Source: Eledone cirrhosa (Eukaryota). Taken from it: a DNA stretch of 64,000 nucleotides. Positions 30,101-46,500 of this stretch are shown here, piece after piece; within the stretch, counting starts at the first letter, position 1, and the number at the start of each line of letters is the position of its first letter. A program made the translations under genes and the position numbers. Where the stretch lies: contig OZ024741.1 in the NCBI GenBank assembly GCA_964016885.1, positions 87,358,001 through 87,422,000 of the forward strand, in the 5' to 3' direction. Under the pieces are notes generated by a model. The model was given only the letters and a program-made list of their open reading frames with translations, was not told the DNA's origin and searched no databases.

Positions 30101-33100
30101 TACACCACTTGGTACACAGACAGAGTCTACAACACATACACCACTTGGTACACAGACACAGTCTACAACACATACACCACTTGGTACACAGACACAGTTT
30201 ACAACACACATACCTCACTTGGTACACAGACACAGTCTACAACACATACACCACTTTGTACACAGACACAGTCTACAACACATACACCACTTGGTACACA
30301 GGCACAGTCTACAACACATACACCACCTGGTACACAGACACAGTCTACAACACATACACCAGCTGGTACACAGATACAGTCTACAACACATACATCGCTT
30401 GGTACACAGACACAGTCTACAACACATACATCATCTGGTACACAGACACAGTCTACAACACATACACCACTTGGTACACAGACAGAGTCTACAACACATA
30501 CACCACTTGGTACACAGACACAGTCTACAACACATACACCACTTGGTACACAGACACAGTTTACAACACACATACCTCACTTGGTACACAGACACAGTCT
30601 ACAACACATACACCACTTTGTACACAGACACAGTCTACAACACATACACCTCTTGGTACACAGACAGAGTCTACAACACATACATCACTTGGTACACAGA
30701 GACAGTCTACATTACATACATCACCTGGTACACAGACACAGTCTACAACACATACATCACTTGGTACACAGACACAGTCTACAACACATACACCACTTGG
30801 TACACAGACACAGTCTACATAACATACATCACTTGGTACACAGACACAGTCTACAACACATACATCACTTGGTACACAGACACAGTCTACAACACATACA
30901 TCACCTGGTACACAGATACAGTCTACAACACATACATCACTTGGTACACAGACACAGTCTACGACACATACATCATCTGGTACACATACACAGTCTACAA
31001 CACATATACCACTTGGTACACAGACACAGTCTACAACACATACATCACTTGGTGCACAGACACAGTCTACAACATATACATCACTTGGTACACAGACATA
31101 GTCTACAAAACATACACCACCTGGTACACAGACACAGTCTAAAACATATACACCACTTGGTACACAGACACAGTCTACAACACATACACCACTTGGTACA
31201 CAGACAGAGTCTACAACACATACAACACTTGGTACACAGAGACAGTCTACAATACATACATCACCTGGTACACAGACACAGTCTACAACACATACATCAC
31301 TTGGTACACAGACACAGTCTACATCACATACATCACTTGGTACACAGACACAGTCTACAACACATACACCACTTGGTACACAGACACAGTCTACAACACA
31401 TACACCACCTGGTACACAGACACAGTCTACAACACATACACCAGCTGGTACACAGATACAGTCTACAACACATACATCACTTGGTACACAGACACAGTCT
31501 ACAACACATACATCATCTGGTACACAGACACAGTCTACAACACATACACCACTTGGTACACAGACACAGTCTATAACACATACATCACTTGGTACACAGA
31601 CACAGTCTACAACATAAACATCACTTGGTACACAGACACAGTCTACAATACATACATCACCTTGTACACAGACACAGTCTACAACACGTACACCACTTGG
31701 TACACCGATACAGTCTACAACACATACACCACCTGGTACACATACACAGTCCACAACACATACATCACTTGGTACACCGACACAGTCTACAACACATACA
31801 CCACCTGGTACACAGACACAGTTTACATAACATATATCACTTGGTACACAGACACAGTCCACAACACATACACCACTTGGTACACAGACACAGTCTACAA
31901 CACACATACATCACCTGGTACACAGACACAGTCTACAACACATACATCACTTAGTCCACAGACACAGTCCACAACACATACATCACTTGGTACACAGACA
32001 CAGTCTACAACACATACACCACTTGGTACACAGACACAGTCTACAACACATACACCACTTGGTACACTGACACAGTCTAAAACACATACACCACTTGGTA
32101 CACAGACACAGTCTACAACACATACACCACTTGGTACACAGACAGAGTCTACAACACATACACCACTTGGTACACAGACACAGTCTACAACACATACACC
32201 ACTTGGTACACAGACACAGTTTACAACACACATACCTCACTTGGTACACAGACACAGTCTACAACACATACACCACTTTGTACACAGACACAGTCTACAA
32301 CACATACACCACTTGGTACACAGGCACAGTCTACAACACATACACCACCTGGTACACAGACACAGTCTACAACACATACACCAGCTGGTACACAGATACA
32401 GTCTACAACACATACATCGCTTGGTACACAGACACAGTCTACAACACATACATCATCTGGTACACAGACACAGTCTACAACACATACACCACTTGGTACA
32501 CAGACAGAGTCTACAACACATACACCACTTGGTACACAGACACAGTCTACAACACATACACCACTTGGTACACAGACACAGTTTACAACACACATACCTC
32601 ACTTGGTACACAGACACAGTCTACAACACATACACCACTTTGTACACAGACACAGTCTACAACACATACACCACTTGGTACACAGACACAGTCTACAACA
32701 CATACACCACCTGGTACACAGACACAGTCTACAACACATACACCAGCTGGTACACAGATACAGTCTACAACACATACACCACTTGGTACACAGACACAGT
32801 CTATAACACATACATCACTTGGTACACAGACACAGTCTACAACATAAACATCACTTGGTACACAGACACAGTCTACAATACATACATCACCTTGTACACA
32901 GACACAGTCTACAACACGTACACCACTTGGTACACCGATACAGTCTACAACACATACACCACCTGGTACACATACACAGTCCACAACACATACATCACTT
33001 GGTACACCGACACAGTCTACAACACAGACACCACCTGGTACACAGACACAGTTTACATAACATATATCACTTGGTACACTGACACAGTCTACAACACTTA

Positions 33101-33140
33101 CATCACTTGGTACACAGACACAGTCCACAACACATACACC
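24160..33140. repeat. Satellite higher-order duplications with 6,036-bp and 1,770-bp offsets
   Basis: Identical ORF-track translations at 24525/30561, 24545/30581 and 26783/32819 (offset 6036), and at 25859/27629 and 26059/27829 (offset 1770). Boundaries approximate. Confidence 0.85.
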
Positions 33141-36100
33141 ACTTGGTACACAGACACAGTCTACAACACACATACATCACCTGGTACACAGACACAGTCT
33201 ACAACACATACATCACTTAGTCCACAGACACAGTCCACAACACATACATCACTTGGTACACAGACACAGTCTACAACACATACACCACTTGGTACACAGA
33301 CACAGTCTACAACACATACACCACTTGGTACACTGACACAGTCTAAAACACATACACCACTTGGTACACAGACACAGTCTAAAACACATACACCACTTGG
33401 TACACATACACAGTCTACAACACATACACCACTTGGTACACAGACACAGTCTACAACACATACACCACTTGGTACACAGACACAGTTTACAACACACATA
33501 CCTCACTTGGTACACAGACACAGTCTACAACACATACACCACTTGGTACACAGACACAGTCTACAACACATACACCACTTGGTACACTGACACAGTCTAA
33601 AACACATACACCACTTGGTACACAGACACAGTCTAAAACACATACACCACTTGGTACACATACACAGTCTACAACACATACACCACTTGGTACACAGACA
33701 CAGTCTACAACACATACACCACTTGGTACACAGACACAGTTTACAACACACATACCTCACTTGGTACACAGACACAGTCTACAACACATACACCACTTTG
33801 TACACAGACACAGTCTATAACACATACATCACTTGGTACACAGACACAGTCTACAACATAAACATCACTTGGTACACAGACACAGTCTACAATACATACA
33901 TCACCTTGTACACAGACACAGTCTACAACACGTACACCACTTGGTACACCGATACAGTCTACAACACATACACCACCTGGTACACATACACAGTCCACAA
34001 CACATACATCACTTGGTACACCGACACAGTCTACAACACATACACCACCTGGTACACAGACACAGTTTACATAACATATATCACTTGGTACACTGACACA
34101 GTCTACAACACTTACATCACTTGGTACACAGACACAGTCCACAACACATACACCACTTGGTACACAGACACAGTCTACAACACACATACATCACCTGGTA
34201 CACAGACACAGTCTACAACACATACATCACTTAGTCCACAGACACAGTCCACAACACATACATCACTTGGTACACAGACACAGTCTACAACACATACACC
34301 ACTTGGTACACTGACACAGTCTAAAACACATACACCACTTGGTACACAGACACAGTCTACAACACATACACCACTTGGTACACAGACAGAGTCTACAACA
34401 CATACACCACTTGGTACACAGACACAGTCTACAACACATACACCACTTGGTACACAGACACAGTTTACAACACACATACCTCACTTGGTACACAGACACA
34501 GTCTACAACACATACACCACTTTGTACACAGACACAGTCTACAACACATACACCACTTGGTACACAGACACAGTCTACAACACATACACCACCTGGTACA
34601 CAGACACAGTCTACAACACATACACCAGCTGGTACACAGATACAGTCTACAACACATACATCACTTGGTACACAGACACAGTCTACAACACATACATCAT
34701 CTGGTACACAGACACAGTCTACAACACATACACCACTTGGTACACAGACAGAGTCTACAACACATACACCACTTGGTACACAGACACAGTCTACAACACA
34801 TACACCACTTGGTACACAGACACAGTTTACAACACACATACCTCACTTGGTACACAGACACAGTCTACAACACATACACCACTTTGTACACAGACACAGT
34901 CTACAACACATACACCACTTGGTACACAGACACAGTCTACAACACATACACCACCTGGTACACAGACACAGTCTACAACACATACACCAGCTGGTACACA
35001 GATATAGTCTACAACACATACACCACTTGGTACACAGACACAGTCTATAACACATACATCACTTGGTACACAGACACAGTCTACAACATAAACATCACTT
35101 GGTACACAGACACAGTCTACAATACATACATCACCTTGTACACAGACACAGTCTACAACACGTACACCACATGGTACACCGATACAGTCTACAACACATA
35201 CACCACCTGGTACACATACACAGTCCACAACACATACATCACTTGGTACACCGACACAGTCTACAACACATACACCACCTGGTACACAGACACAGTTTAC
35301 ATAACATATATCACTTGGTACACTGACACAGTCTACAACACTTACATCACTTGGTACACAGACACAGTCCACAACACATACACCACTTGGTACACAGACA
35401 CAGTCTACAACACACATACATCACCTGGTACACAGACACAGTCTACAACACATACATCACTTAGTCCACAGACACAGTCCACAACACATACATCACTTGG
35501 TACACAGACACAGTCTACAACACATACACCACTTGGTACACAGACACAGTCTACAACACATACACCACTTGATACACTGACACAGTCTAAAACACATACA
35601 CCACTTGGTACACAGACACAGTCTAAAACACATACACCACTTGGTACACATACACAGTCTACAACACATACACCACTTGGTACACAGACACAGTCTACAA
35701 CACATACACCACTTGGTACACAGACACAGTTTACAACACACATACCTCACTTGGTACACAGACACAGTCTACAACACATACACCACTTGGTACACAGACA
35801 CAGTCTACAACACATACACCACTTGGTACACTGACACAGTCTAAAACACATACACCACTTGGTACACAGACACAGTCTAAAACACATACACCACTTGGTA
35901 CACATACACAGTCTACAACACATACACAAATTGGTACACAGACACAGTCTACAACACATACACCACTTGGTACACAGACACAGTTTACAACACACATACC
36001 TCACTTGGTACACAGACACAGTCTACAACACATACACCACTTTGTACACAGACACAGTCTACATAACATACATCACTTGGTACACAGACACAGTCTACAA

Positions 36101-37589
36101 TACATACATCACCTGGTACACAGACACAGTCTACAATACATACATCACCTGGTACACAGACACAGTCTACAACACATACATCACCTGGTACACAGACACG
36201 GTCTACAACACATACATCACTTGGTACACAGACACAGTCTACAATACATACATCACCTGGTACACAGACACAGTCTACAACACATACATCACGTGGTACA
36301 CAGACACAGTCTACAACACATATTCCACTTGGTACACAGACACAGTCTACAACACGCACACATCACTTTGTACACATACACAACCACAACACATACATCA
36401 CTTGGTACACAGACACAGTCTACAACACATATTCCACTTGGTACACAGACACAGGCCATAACACGTACATCACTTGGTACACAGACACAGTCTACAACAC
36501 GTATATCACTTGCTACACAGACACAGGCTACAACATATACCTCACTTGGTACACAGACACAGTCTACAACACATACATCACGTCGTACACAGACACAGTC
36601 TACAACACACACACATCACTTCGTACACATACACAACCACAACACATACATCACTTGGTACACAGACACAGTCTACAACACATATTCCACTTGGTACACA
36701 GACACAGGCTACAACACATACATCACTTGGTACACAGACACAGTCTACAACACATATTCCACTTGGTACACAGACACAGGCTACAACACATACATCACTT
36801 GGTACACAGACACAGTCTACAACACATACACCACTTGGTACACAGACAAAGTCTACAACACATACACCACTTGGTACACAGACACAGTCTACAACACACA
36901 TACCTCACTTGATACACAGACACAGTCTACAACACATACATCACTTGCTACACAGACAAAGTCTACAACACATACATCACGTCGTACACAGACACAGTCT
37001 ACAACACACATACACCACTTGGTACACAGACACAGTCTACAACACACATACCTCACTTGGTACACAGACACAGTCCACAACACATACACCACTTGGTACA
37101 CAGACACAGTCTACAACACATACACCACTTGGTACACAGACACAGTCTACAACACATACACCACTTGGTACACAGACACAGTTTACAACACACATACCTC
37201 ACTTGGTACACAGACACAGTCTACAACACATACACCACTTTGTACACAGACACAGTCTACAACACATACACCACTTGGTACACAGACACAGTCTACAACA
37301 CATACACCACCTGGTACACAGACACAGTCTACAACACATACACCAGCTGGTACACAGATACAGTCTAGAACACATACATCACTTGGTACACAGACACAGT
37401 CTACAACACATACATCATCTGGTACACAGACACAGTCTACAACACATACACCACTTGGTACACAGACAGAGTCTACAACACATACACCACTTGGTACACA
37501 GACACAGTCTACAACACATACACCACTTGGTACACAGACACAGTTTACAACACACATACCTCACTTGGTACACAGACACAGTCTACAAC

Positions 37590-40500
37590 ACATACACCAC
37601 TTTGTACACAGACACAGTCTACAACACATACACCACTTGGTACACAGACACAGTCTACAACACATACACCACCTGGTACACAGACACAGTCTACAACACA
37701 TACACCAGCTGGTACACAGATATAGTCTACAACACATACACCACTTGGTACACAGACACAGTCTATAACACATACATCACTTGGTACACAGACACAGTCT
37801 ACAACATAAACATCACTTGGTACACAGACACAGTCTACAATACATACATCACCTTGTACACAGACACAGTCTACAACACGTACACCACTTGGTACACCGA
37901 TACAGTCTACAACACATACACCACCTGGTACACATACACAGTCCACAACACATACATCACTTGGTACACCGACACAGTCTACAACACATACACCACCTGG
38001 TACACAGACACAGTTTACATAACATATATCACTTGGTACACTGACACAGTCTACAACACTTACATCACTTGGTACACAGACACAGTCCACAACACATACA
38101 CCACTTGGTACACAGACACAGTCTACAACACACATACATCACCTGGTACACAGACACAGTCTACAACACATACATCACTTAGTCCACAGACACAGTCCAC
38201 AACACATACATCACTTGGTACACAGACACAGTCTACAACACATACACCACTTGGTACACAGACACAGTCTACAACACATACACCACTTGGTACACTGACA
38301 CAGTCTAAAACACATACACCACTTGGTACACAGACACAGTCTAAAACACATACACCACTTGGTACACATACACAGTCTACAACACATACACCACTTGGTA
38401 CACAGACACAGTCTACAACACATACACCACTTGGTACACAGGCACAGTTTACAACACACATACCTCACTTGGTACACAGACACAGTCTACAACACATACA
38501 CCACTTGGTACACAGACACAGTCTACAACACATACACCACTTGGTACACTGACACAGTCTAAAACACATACACCACTTGGTACACAGACACAGTCTAAAA
38601 CACATACACCACTTGGTACACATACACAGTCTACAACACATACACAAATTGGTACACAGACACAGTCTACAACACATACACCACTTGGTACACAGACACA
38701 GTTTACAACACACATACCTCACTTGGTACACAGACACAGTCTACAACACATACACCACTTTGTACATAGACACAGTCTACATAACATACATCACTTGGTA
38801 CACAGACACAGTCTACAATACATACATCACCTGGTACACAGACACAGTCTACAATACATACATCACCTGGTACACAGACACAGTCTACAACACATACATC
38901 ACCTGGTACACAGACACGGTCTACAACACATACATCACTTGGTACACAGACACAGTCTACAATACATACATCACCTGGTACACAGACACAGTCTACAACA
39001 CATACATCACGTGGTACACAGACACAGTCTACAACACATATTCCACTTGGTACACAGACACAGTCTACAACACGCACACATCACTTTGTACACATACACA
39101 ACCACAACACATACATCACTTGGTACACAGACACAGTCTACAACACATATTCCACTTGGTACACAGACACAGGCCATAACACGTACATCACTTGGTACAC
39201 AGACACAGTCTACAACACGTATATCACTTGCTACACAGACACAGGCTACAACATATACCTCACTTGGTACACAGACACAGTCTACAACACATACATCACG
39301 TCGTACACAGACACAGTCTACAACACACACACATCACTTCGTACACATACACAACCACAACACATACATCACTTGGTACACAGACACAGTCTACAACACA
39401 TATTCCACTTGGTACACAGACACAGGCTACAACACATACATCACTTGGTACACAGACACAGTCTACAACACATATTCCACTTGGTACACAGACACAGGCT
39501 ACAACACATACATCACTTGGTACACAGACACAGTCTACAACACATACACCACTTGGTACACAGACAAAGTCTACAACACATACACCACTTGGTACACAGA
39601 CACAGTCTACAACACACATACCTCACTTGATACACAGACACAGTCTACAACACATACATCACTTGCTACACAGATAAAGTCTACAACACATACATCACGT
39701 CGTACACAGACACAGTCTACAACACACATACACCACTTGGTACACAGACACAGTCTACAACACACATACCTCACTTGGTACACAGACACAGTCCACAACA
39801 CATACACCACTTGGTACACAGACACAGTCTACAACACATACACCACTTGGTACACAGACACAGTCTACAACACATACACCACTTGGTACACAGACACAGT
39901 CTACAATACATACATCACTTGGTACACAGACACAGTCTACAACACATACACCACTTGGTACACAGACACAGTCTACAATACATACATCACTTGGTACACA
40001 GACACAGTCTACAACACATACACCACTTGGTACAAAGACACAGTCTACAACACATACATCACTTGGTACACAGACACAGTCTACAATACATACACCTCAC
40101 TTGATACACAGACACAGTCCACAACACATACATCACTTGGTACACAGACACAGTCTACAACACATACACCACTTGGTACACAGACACAGTCTACAACACA
40201 TACACCACTTGGTACACAGACACAGTCTACAACACACATACACCACTTGGTACACAGACACAGTCTACAACACATACACCACTTGGTACACAGACACAGT
40301 CTACAACACATACACCACTTGGTACACAGTCACACTCTACAACACACACACATCACTTGGTACAGAGACACAGTCTACAACACATACCTCACTTGGTACA
40401 CAGACACAGTCTACAACACACATACACCACTTGGTACACAGACACAGTCTACAACACACATACCTCACTTGATACACAGACACAGTCTACAACACATACA

Positions 40501-43500
40501 TCACTTGCTACACAGACACAGTCTACAAGACATACACCACTTGGTACACAGACACAGTCTACAACACATACATCACTTGGTACACAGACACAGTCTACAA
40601 CACACATACCTCACTTGGTACACAGACACAGTCTACAACACATACACCACTTGGTACACAGACACAGTCTACATAACATACATCACTTGGTACACAGATA
40701 CAGTCCACAACACATACATCACTTGGTACACAGACACATTCTACAACACATACATCACTTGGTACACAGACACAGTCTACAACACATACATAACTTGCTA
40801 CACAGTCAAAGTCTACAACACATACACCACTTGGTACACAGACACAGTCTACATAACATACATCACTTGGTACACAGATACAGTCCACAACACATACATC
40901 ACTTGGTACACAGACACATTCTACAACACATACATCACTTGGTACACAGACACAGTCTACAACACATACATAACTTGCTACACAGACAAAGTCTACAACA
41001 CATACACCACTTGGTACACAGACACAGTCTACAACACATACATCACTTGGTGCACAGACACAGTCTACAACACACATACACCACTTGGTACACAGACACA
41101 GTCTACAACACACATACCTCACTTGGTCCACAGACACAGTCTACAACACATACATCACTTGGTACACAGACACAGTCTACAACACACATAAATCCCTTCG
41201 TACACAGACACAGTCTACAACACATACGTAACTTGCTACACAGACAAAGACTACAACACATACACCACTTGGTTCACAGACACAGTCTACAATACATACA
41301 TCACTTGGTACACAGACACAGTCTACAACACATACACCACTTGGTACACAGACACAGTCTACAACACATACATCACTTGGTACACAGACAGTCTACAACA
41401 CATACACCTCACTTGATACACAGACACAGTCCACAACACATACATCACTTGGTACACAGATACAGTCTACAACACATACACCACTTGGTACACAGACACA
41501 GTCTCCAATACATACATCACTTGGGACACAGACACAGTCCACAACACATACATCACTTGGTACACAGACACAGTCTACAACACACATACACCACTTGGTA
41601 CACAGACACAGTCTACAACACATACACCTCACTTGATACACAGACACAGTCTACAACACATACACCACTTGGTACACAGACAGTCTACAACACATACACC
41701 TCACTTGATACACAGACACAGTCTACAACACATACACCACTTGGTACACAGACACAGTCTACAACACATACACCACTTGCTACACAGTCACACTCTACAA
41801 CACACACACATCACTTGGTACAGAGACACAGTCTACAACACATACCTCACTTGGTACACAGACACAGTCTACAACACACATACACCACTTGGTACACAGA
41901 CACAGTCTACAACACACATACCTCACTTGATACACAGACACAGTCTACAACACATACATCACTTGCTACACAGACACAGTCTACAAGACATACACCACAT
42001 GGTACACAGACACAGTCTACAACACACATACCTCACTTGGTCCACAGACACAGTCTACAACACATACACCACTTGGTACACAGACACAGTCTACAACACA
42101 TACATCACTTGGTACACAGACACAGTCTACAACACATATTCCACTTGGTACACAGACACAGTCTACAACACATACATCACTTGGTACACAGACACAGTCT
42201 ACAACACACATACCTCACTTGGTCCACAGACACAGTCTACAACACATACTTAACTTGGTACACAGACACAGTCTACAACACATACACCACTTGGTACACA
42301 GACACAGTCTACAACACATACACCACTTGGTACACATACACAGTCTACAACACATACACCACTTGGTACACAGACACAGTCTACAACACATACATCACTT
42401 GGTACACAGACACAGTCTACAACACACTACCTCACTTGGTCCACAGACACAGTCCACAACACATACATCACTTGGTACACAGACACAGTCTACAACACAT
42501 ACACCACTTGGTACACAGACACAGTCTACATAACATACATCACTTGGTGCACAGACACAGTCTACAACACATACACCACTTGGTACACAGACACAGTCTA
42601 CAACACATACATCACTTGGTGCACAGACACAGTCTACAACACACATACACCACTTTGTACACAGACACAGTCTACAACACACATACCTCACTTGGTCCAC
42701 AGACACAGTCTACAACACATACATCACTTGGTACACAGACACAGTCTACAACACACATAAATCCCTTCGTACACAGACACAGTCTACAACACATACGTAA
42801 CTTGCTACACAGACAAAGTCTACAACACATACACCACTTGGTTCACAGACACAGTCTACAATACATACATCACTTGGTACACAGACACAGTCTACAACAC
42901 ATACACCACTTGGTACACAGACACAGTCTACAACACATACATCACTTGGTACACAGACAGTCTACAACACATACACCTCACTTGATACACAGACACAGTC
43001 CACAACACATACATCACTTGGTACACAGATACAGTCTACAACACATACACCACTTGGTACACAGACACAGTCTCCAATACATACATCACTTGGGACACAG
43101 ACACAGTCCACAACACATACATCACTTGGTACACAGACACAGTCTACAACACACATACACCACTTGGTACACAGACACAGTCTACAACACATACACCTCA
43201 CTTGATACACAGACACAGTCTACAACACATACACCACTTGGTACACAGACAGTCTACAACACATACACCTCACTTGATACACAGACACAGTCTACAACAC
43301 ATACACCACTTGGTACACAGACACAGTCTACAACACATACACCACTTGCTACACAGTCACACTCTACAACACACACACATCACTTGGTACAGAGACACAG
43401 TCTACAACACATACCTCACTTGGTACACAGACACAGTCTACAACACACATACACCACTTGGTACACAGACACAGTCTACAACACACATACCTCACTTGAT

Positions 43501-46500
43501 ACACAGACACAGTCTACAACACATACATCACTTGCTACACAGACACAGTCTACAAGACATACACCACATGGTACACAGACACAGTCTACAACACACATAC
43601 CTCACTTGGTCCACAGACACAGTCTACAACACATACACCACTTGGTACACAGACACAGTCTACAACACATACATCACTTGGTACACAGACACAGTCTACA
43701 ACACATATTCCACTTGGTACACAGACACAGTCTACAACACATACATCACTTGGTACACAGACACAGTCTACAACACACATACCTCACTTGGTCCACAGAC
43801 ACAGTCTACAACACATACTTAACTTGGTACACAGACACAGTCTACAACACATACACCACTTTGTACACAGACACAGTCTACAACACATACACCACTTGGT
43901 ACACAGACACAGTCTACAACACATACACCACCTGGTACACAGACACAGTCTACAACACATACACCAGCTGGTACACAGATATAGTCTACAACACATACAC
44001 CACTTGGTACACAGACACAGTCTATAACACATACATCACTTGGTACACAGACACAGTCTACAACATAAACATCACTTGGTACACAGACACAGTCTACAAT
44101 ACATACATCACCTTGTACACAGACACAGTCTACAACACGTACACCACTTGGTACACCGATACAGTCTACAACACATACACCACCTGGTACACATACACAG
44201 TCCACAACACATACATCACTTGGTACACCGACACAGTCTACAACACATACACCACCTGGTACACAGACACAGTTTACATAACATATATCACTTGGTACAC
44301 TGACACAGTCTACAACACTTACATCACTTGGTACACAGACACAGTCCACAACACATACACCACTTGGTACACAGACACAGTCTACAACACACATACATCA
44401 CCTGGTACACAGACACAGTCTACAACACATACATCACTTAGTCCACAGACACAGTCCACAACACATACATCACTTGGTACACAGACACAGTCTACAACAC
44501 ATACACCACTTGGTACACAGACACAGTCTACAACACATACACCACTTGGTACACTGACACAGTCTAAAACACATACACCACTTGGTACACAGACACAGTC
44601 TAAAACACATACACCACTTGGTACACATACACAGTCTACAACACATACACCACTTGGTACACAGACACAGTCTACAACACATACACCACTTGGTACACAG
44701 GCACAGTTTACAACACACATACCTCACTTGGTACACAGACACAGTCTACAACACATACACCACTTGGTACACAGATACAGTCTACAACACATACACCACT
44801 TGGTACACTGACACAGTCTAAAACACATACACCACTTGGTACACAGACACAGTCTAAAACACATACACCACTTGGTACACATACACAGTCTACAACACAT
44901 ACACAAATTGGTACACAGACACAGTCTACAACACATACACCACTTGGTACACAGACACAGTTTACAACACACATACCTCACTTGGTACACAGACACAGTC
45001 TACAACACATACACCACTTTGTACATAGACACAGTCTACATAACATACATCACTTGGTACACAGACACAGTCTACAATACATACATCACCTGGTACACAG
45101 ACACAGTCTACAATACATACATCACCTGGTACACAGACACAGTCTACAACACATACATCACCTGGTACACAGACACGGTCTACAACACATACATCACTTG
45201 GTACACAGACACAGTCTACAATACATACATCACCTGGTACACAGACACAGTCTACAACACATACATCACGTGGTACACAGACACAGTCTACAACACATAT
45301 TCCACTTGGTACACAGACACAGTCTACAACACGCACACATCACTTTGTACACATACACAACCACAACACATACATCACTTGGTACACAGACACAGTCTAC
45401 AACACATATTCCACTTGGTACACAGACACAGGCCATAACACGTACATCACTTGGTACACAGACACAGTCTACAACACGTATATCACTTGCTACACAGACA
45501 CAGGCTACAACATATACCTCACTTGGTACACAGACACAGTCTACAACACATACATCACGTCGTACACAGACACAGTCTACAACACACACACATCACTTCG
45601 TACACATACACAACCACAACACATACATCACTTGGTACACAGACACAGTCTACAACACATATTCCACTTGGTACACAGACACAGGCTACAACACATACAT
45701 CACTTGGTACACAGACACAGTCTACAACACATATTCCACTTGGTACACAGACACAGGCTACAACACATACATCACTTGGTACACAGACACAGTCTACAAC
45801 ACATACACCACTTGGTACACAGACAAAGTCTACAACACATACACCACTTGGTACACAGACACAGTCTACAACACACATACCTCACTTGATACACAGACAC
45901 AGTCTACAACACATACATCACTTGCTACACAGACAAAGTCTACAACACATACATCACGTCGTACACAGACACAGTCTACAACACACATACACCACTTGGT
46001 ACACAGACACAGTCTACAACACACATACCTCACTTGGTACACAGACACAGTCCACAACACATACACCACTTGGTACACAGACACAGTCTACAACACATAC
46101 ACCACTTGGTACACAGACACAGTCTACAACACATACACCACTTGGTACACAGACACAGTCTACAATACATACATCACTTGGTACACAGACACAGTCTACA
46201 ACACATACACCACTTGGTACACAGACACAGTCTACAATACATACATCACTTGGTACACAGACACAGTCTACAACACATACACCACTTGGTACAAAGACAC
46301 AGTCTACAACACATACATCACTTGGTACACAGACACAGTCTACAATACATACACCTCACTTGATACACAGACACAGTCCACAACACATACATCACTTGGT
46401 ACACAGACACAGTCTACAACACATACACCACTTGGTACACAGACACAGTCTACAACACATACACCACTTGGTACACAGACACAGTCTACAACACACATAC

